This document shows, piece by piece, positions 59,257-64,000 of a DNA stretch of 64,000 bases. Origin of the DNA: Escherichia coli (GTDB taxonomy: Bacteria > Pseudomonadota > Gammaproteobacteria > Enterobacterales > Enterobacteriaceae); NCBI RefSeq assembly GCF_044324875.1, contig NZ_CP172186.1. One strand, 5' to 3'. The notes under the pieces are model-generated. The model had not been told where the DNA came from. It saw only the letters and a program-made list of their open reading frames with translations, and searched no databases. Position 1 is the stretch's first letter. Each line of letters begins with the position of its first letter. Made by a program: the position numbers and the translations under genes.

Positions 59257-60102
59257 GTGAGCTGCAGTGAGCTGCATATTGCCCCGTCAACGTATTACCA
59301 CTGTCAGCAACAGCAGCATCATCCTGATAAACGCAGCGCCCGTGCGCAGCGTGATGACTGGCTGAAGAAAGAGATACAGCGCGTATACGATGAAAATCAC
59401 CAGGTGTACGGTGTGCGTAAAGTCTGGCGTCAGTTGTTACGGGAAGGTATCAGAGTGGCCAGATGCACTGTGACACGTCTTATGGCGGTTATGGGTTTTG
59501 CCGGTGTTCTCCGGGGTAAAAAGGTCCGCATTACCGTCAGCCGGAAAGCCGTTGCCGCAGGCGACCGCGTAAACCGTCATTTCGTGGCAGAACGTCCTGA
59601 CCAGCTGTGGGTGGCTGATTTTACTTACGTCAGCACATGGCAGGGCTTTGTTTATGTGGCGTTCATCATTGATGTGTTTGCCGGATACATCGTGGGATGG
59701 CGGGTCTCCTCGTCCATGGAAACGACATTCGTGCTGGATGCACTGGAGCAGGCGTTGTGGGCCCGTCGTCCGTCTGGCACCATCCATCACAGCGATAAAG
59801 GCTCTCAGTATGTATCGCTGGCCTACACGCAGCGGCTTAAGGAAGTCGGATTACTGGCATCAACAGGGAGCACAGGCGACTCGTATGACAACGCGATGGC
59901 GGAGAGCATCAATGGTCTTTACAAGGCGGAGGTAATACACCGTAAGAGCTGGAAAAACCGGACAGAAGTGGAGCTGGCTACACTCACGTGGGTGGACTGG
60001 TATAACAATCGACGATTGCTGGAAAGGCTGGGCCATACTCCCCCGGCAGAAGCAGAAAAAGCTTATTATGCTTCCATCGGAAACAATGATCTGGCAGCCT
60101 GA
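59257..60102 (+). CDS. IS3-family transposase OrfB
   Basis: 281 aa. Confidence 0.85.
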   Translation: MSCSELHIAPSTYYHCQQQQHHPDKRSARAQRDDWLKKEIQRVYDENHQVYGVRKVWRQLLREGIRVARCTVTRLMAVMGFAGVLRGKKVRITVSRKAVAAGDRVNRHFVAERPDQLWVADFTYVSTWQGFVYVAFIIDVFAGYIVGWRVSSSMETTFVLDALEQALWARRPSGTIHHSDKGSQYVSLAYTQRLKEVGLLASTGSTGDSYDNAMAESINGLYKAEVIHRKSWKNRTEVELATLTWVDWYNNRRLLERLGHTPPAEAEKAYYASIGNNDLAA

Positions 60103-60141
60103 GTTCACAGACAAAACATTCTCCAGGAAACCCGGGGCGGT

Positions 60142-60603
60142 TCAGTTTTGCCATTCTACAACCTGCTCCATCACGGCATCGGTAACCTTTGATATCAGTG
60201 CCGGTGAAACATCTGCGTCATACAGTTCTTTGAACGCAGCGGCTATCTCACGGGTGGTCATCCCTTTGGCATACAACGAGAGGATCTGGTTATCCATCCC
60301 GGTAATACGGGTCTGATTTTTCTTTACCAGTTGTGGTTCGAAGGTACCGTCACGATCGCGCGGAGTACGCAGTTCCAGTGGACCGTCGCCTGTGATAACG
60401 GTCTTTGTGGAATAACCGTTGCGGGAGTTAGCTCCTGGTCTGGACTGATTTTTCTCATACCCAAGATGGTGTGTCATCTCTGCATTGAGAGCGGCTTCAA
60501 CGCTGAGCTTTTTCAGCAGCCGATCAAACTGACTGAGGTCTTCAGGGGTTTTGAGGTTTTTGGCCAGTTCGTTAGCCAGAGCCTGTAACTGTTTTTCGTC
60601 CAT
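60142..60603 (-). pseudogene. IS256-family transposase, N-terminal fragment
   Basis: MDEKQLQALANELAKNLKTPEDL...RNGYSTKTV...PRDRDGTFEPQLV...SLYAKGMTTREI mutator-family N-terminus; ends at the IS629-like boundary. Confidence 0.7.
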
Positions 60604-60689
60604 AAATTAACCTTCATTTGATGCTGGATTGAACATATCAAAATCAGGCAATTACACAAATCTATGTACAGGCTCTTCCGCTGGCTGGC

Positions 60690-60935
60690 TCACCTGCGTC
60701 GCGCCGGCTGCCAGGTAAACGTGTTCTCTGCGGCACGATACGCTTTTGTTCGTTGAGCCTTTGCGGTTCTCGCTTTGCGCTCTGCCCGAATCATTCTCAA
60801 AACTTTTACACGCACTTTTCTCTTAACTTCCCGTGGCAGTTCATCCCTGCCGGACAACTTTAACTGTGCAGCCTGTGCGGCATAAGCATCGTTGATACGC
60901 TTACGTTCTGCTTCCGTCAGTTTCATCCAAGACAT
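60690..60935 (-). CDS. Hypothetical basic protein
   Basis: 81 aa ORF; Lys/Arg-rich. Confidence 0.3.
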   Translation of the reverse strand: MSWMKLTEAERKRINDAYAAQAAQLKLSGRDELPREVKRKVRVKVLRMIRAERKARTAKAQRTKAYRAAENTFTWQPARRR

Positions 60936-61073
60936 AATTCCTCCTGGTGACTTATCCGTGTTATGTCTTTAATCTGTATCCCCTTCGTTGCTATGCCTCC
61001 GGGATATCAGGTATTACCTTTCGAAGAATTTTATAAAAAACCACCTGTGCAGAGGGAAAGAGTGGATTTGCCC

Positions 61074-61979
61074 CTATATTTCCAGACATCTGTTATCACT
61101 TAACCCATTACAGGCCCGCTGCCGCAGATATTCCCGTGGCGAGCGATAACCCAACGCACTATGCGGATGCCATTCGTTATAATGCTCGAACGCCTCTGCA
61201 AGGTTCTTTGCTGCCGTTAACCCGTCTGGTTTGGGCATGACACTGATGTAGTCACGCTTTATCGTTTTCACGAAGCTCTCTGCTATGCCGTTACTCTCCG
61301 GACTCCGCACCGCCGTGTTCTTCGGTTCAAGCCCCAACATCCGGGCAAACTGCCGTGTTTCATTAGCCCGGTAGCATGAACCATTATCCGTCAGCCACTC
61401 TACTGGAGACGCCGGAAGCTCGTTGCCGAAGCGGCGTTCCACCGCTCCCAGCATGACGTCCTGTACTGTTTCACTGTTGAAGCCGCCCGTAGTGACCGCC
61501 CAGTGCAGTGCCTCACGGTCACAGCAGTCCAGCGCGAACGTGACTCGCAGTTTTTCTCCGTTATCACAGCGGAACTCGAACCCGTCAGAGCACCATCGCT
61601 GATTACTTTCTTTCACAGCCACTCTGCCGGTATGTGCCCGTTTCGATGGCGGTACAGCGGTTTTTCGCTCAAGCAACAGCGCATTCTGGCGCATGATCCG
61701 GTAAATACGTTTGGCATTGATCGCAGGCATACCATCAAGTTCTGTTTGTCTGCGAAGCAGCGCCCATACCCGACGATAACCATATGTGGGTAGCTCTCCG
61801 ATAACATGGTGTATACGGCGAAGCACATCCGTATCATCCGTGTGACGGCTGCGGCGGCCGTCCTTCCAGTCATCGGCTCGTCTGAGAATGACGTGCAACT
61901 GCGCACGCGACACCCGGAGACAACGGCTGACGAAGCTTACTCCCCATCCCCGGGCAATAAGGGCGCGTGCGCTATCCAC
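61074..61979 (-). CDS. insD: IS2 InsD
   Basis: 301 aa. Confidence 0.9.
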   Translation of the reverse strand: MDSARALIARGWGVSFVSRCLRVSRAQLHVILRRADDWKDGRRSRHTDDTDVLRRIHHVIGELPTYGYRRVWALLRRQTELDGMPAINAKRIYRIMRQNALLLERKTAVPPSKRAHTGRVAVKESNQRWCSDGFEFRCDNGEKLRVTFALDCCDREALHWAVTTGGFNSETVQDVMLGAVERRFGNELPASPVEWLTDNGSCYRANETRQFARMLGLEPKNTAVRSPESNGIAESFVKTIKRDYISVMPKPDGLTAAKNLAEAFEHYNEWHPHSALGYRSPREYLRQRACNGLSDNRCLEI

Positions 61980-62302
61980 TTTTTTGCTCGCCCATATTCA
62001 ACGGCTTCTTTAAGGAGTTCATTTTCCATCGTTTTTTTGCCGAGCAGACGCTGGAGTTCTTTAATCTGCTTCATGGCGGCAGCAAGTTCAGAGGCAGGAA
62101 CGATCTGTTCTCCGGCAGCCACAGCAGTAAGACTTCCCTCCTGGTATTGCTTACGCCAGAGAAATAGCTGGCTGGCTGCCACACCATGTTGCCGGGCAAC
62201 AAGGGAGACCGTCATTCCCGGTTCAAAGCTCTGCTGAACGATAGCGATCTTTTCCTGTGTAGTACGCCGTCTGCGTTTCTCCGGCCCTAAGACATCAATC
62301 AT
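61937..62302 (-). CDS. insC: IS2 InsC
   Basis: [24 protein letters not shown]...; ATG at 62302. Confidence 0.9.
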   Translation of the reverse strand: MIDVLGPEKRRRRTTQEKIAIVQQSFEPGMTVSLVARQHGVAASQLFLWRKQYQEGSLTAVAAGEQIVPASELAAAMKQIKELQRLLGKKTMENELLKEAVEYGRAKKWIAHAPLLPGDGE

Positions 62303-63528
62303 CTGTTCTCCAATGACTAGTCTAAAAACTAGTATTAAGACTATCACTTATTTAAGTGATATTGGTTGTCTGGAGATTCAGGGGGCCAGTCTAAAGAGTA
62401 AGGAACTTACTGATTCATTTAATATTATTATCCATCAATAACTGAGCATACAAAAAAATAACAAAACTCTGACACAGATACAACCAGCTCTCTCTATATC
62501 AGACTGACATTCTTCTCAAAAAGAGGCGTGTTCTGGAACACGGAACAGAAGCAATGAACATTGTAGACAGAAACACACTCTGTTTTTTACACGAGGATAT
62601 ATGTCGGGAAAATCAGGCAGAAGAAATTAAAGGACTTTGTGCATACAAAGGGAAAGCGCGTTTCCGGTGCACCATATTAGATATTATCCCTGCTACAAAC
62701 ACCAGAGACGCGCTCATAACTCTTCTAGCGTAAAATATCCTTTCAGGCAAGGAAAAGGTCGTGATACAGAATCACGACCTTAATTTTATCGAAAACACGG
62801 ATTTTAGTATGCACATGACTGTACTCCTCAGGAGTACAGGGAAATCATAATCAGTAACAAAAACACCCGGCAACAAAAATTTAACGCGTTTACGCTATTT
62901 TTGTGACAAATATTGCAAATATGGAATCACTGTATTTTTACTGCAACAAAATCTGGTTGATCCACAGGCGGATCCGGGGTAAAAAATTATCCGGAATGTT
63001 TCTGCGTGGTGTGGTAAAACCTCTAGCCGGATTGCCTTTGCAGCAACGCAGGAACATTCCATCCTTTATCAGTACTCCTGACGCTGTAAAGACCTGGCTG
63101 ATGCAGACAGGACTGCTGATATCGAATCAAAGCTTTCTCATTTTTTCGCGTACACAAAATAAAACAAATCAGGCAATTCCTTACACTCCCCCTCTAAAAT
63201 TGAGGGTTTTTTTTTACCATATAAATTACTTGCACAGCTTTTAAAAAAATTGCAAATCTTTACTGTAGTGTCGGGCTTCATGTAGCTCAACAGGGCATGG
63301 ACTAAAAAGAAGTAAACCCATCTTTTATCTCCCTGATATGGGGGTCTTTGTGGCATAAAGAATTCCTTGAATTATTATTTTGATCATATCAACATGAAAA
63401 GAATAATACTCTGACTTTTGATTTCCAGTGCCAGATATAAAATCAAATTCACTGTAAATATCACATAATGATATCTGGCTGCCCCCAGTCACTTCCTGTA
63501 TTCAGCCACACATATAAGCCCCCTGAAT

Positions 63529-63565
63529 TTCCTTGTGGTTTTTATGTGATAAAAACCACAAGGAA
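63529..63565. repeat. Perfect 16-bp inverted repeat with 5-bp spacer in an AT-rich non-coding region
   Basis: TTCCTTGTGGTTTTTA-tgtga-TAAAAACCACAAGGAA. Confidence 0.7.
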
Positions 63566-63656
63566 ACGATGGTTGAAATAATATTTAAAATGTGAAAGAT
63601 ATCACCCGTAGAATTTTTCAATCCGACACTCCATAGAATGGACCTTTAAGATTTAA

Positions 63657-63683
63657 TCCTCATCATGTATGAGGATTTTTTTT
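63657..63683 (+). terminator. Possible rho-independent terminator
   Basis: TCCTCAT-catgt-ATGAGGA followed by T8. Confidence 0.35.
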
Positions 63684-63981
63684 CTGGCAGACAAAAATAT
63701 CTTTTCAGCAATCCCTGTTCAGTTCCGGTTCTGGTGACTCTGGAAGAGGTATTGTTACACGCTATAACCTGCCGGAATGACTCAGGTCCGTTCATCTCTG
63801 ATACCATTAAAAGAAGCATTAAGCACATTCTGAGCGCCTCTTACAGAAGAAGCGGAACGCGTTCCTGGCTCCTGTTGCATAATCTTACTAACCCCATGGT
63901 TTTCTTGACTGCCAGAAACGCGCCCACAGTTTTTTTAGCCTGTCTCCGGTTCCTTGTCTAGAATACTGTTGATTTTTTGTT

Positions 63982-64000
63982 TGAACCGCCCCGGGTTTCC
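63982..64000 (-). mobile_element. Terminal IR of a further IS3-family (IS629-like) copy, cut by the window end
   Basis: TGAACCGCCCCGGGTTTCC equals the reverse complement of the right ends of copies B and C. Confidence 0.55.

Larger units (their letters stand above)
58855..60144 (+). mobile_element. IS3-family element (IS629/IS1203-like), copy C (1290 bp), no TSD
   Basis: Same IRs as copy B; orfB differs from copy B by about one residue. Confidence 0.85.
61063..62393 (-). mobile_element. IS2, copy 2 (1331 bp) with 5-bp TSD AAGAG
   Basis: IRs TGGATTTGCCCCTATATTTCCAGACA ... GGTTGTCTGGAGATTCAGGGGGCCAGTCTA; AAGAG at 61058-61062 and 62394-62398. Confidence 0.95.

Noticed and set aside
62903-63244. 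113-aa ORF in the AT-rich region
   Set aside because: No RBS, low-complexity AT-rich codons; region is more plausibly non-coding.

Overview
This 64-kb window reads as a mosaic enterobacterial conjugative-plasmid segment, heavily remodelled by insertion sequences. Recognisable backbone: an IncI-type nikA-nikB relaxase region with an oriT-like inverted repeat (54.7-57.9 kb); a long + strand leading region (about 33-54 kb) carrying an orphan DNA methyltransferase, klcA/ardB-like and ardA antirestriction genes, ssb (split by a group II intron), a ParB-like nuclease gene, psiB-psiA (psiA disrupted by an IS21-family element), an Rpn-like nuclease gene and two families of long GC-rich direct repeats upstream of leading genes; two partition loci in tandem (ParA/RHH and ParMR); a tyrosine recombinase; a serine resolvase with res-like palindromes; and four type II toxin-antitoxin loci (two divergent vapBC copies, a relE/parE-like pair, pemIK). 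Accessory cargo sits between IS copies: a low-GC autotransporter adhesin, a high-GC iron-chelate ABC importer plus MFS gene behind a Fur-box-like site, an orphan mcbG-like pentapeptide-repeat gene, and a solitary 712-aa ABC ATPase with a coiled-coil/CxxC insert beside an IS91-family transposase. That ATPase is my best candidate for an undescribed defence function. IS content: IS66 family (two elements plus a fragment), IS3-family IS629-like (three copies plus a terminal IR at the window end), IS2 (two copies plus a remnant), IS1, IS21 family, IS91 family and IS256-family gene fragments; several are nested with clean target-site duplications. Family names and product calls come from motifs and remembered sequences, not from database searches. 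No rRNA, tRNA or CRISPR array was seen.
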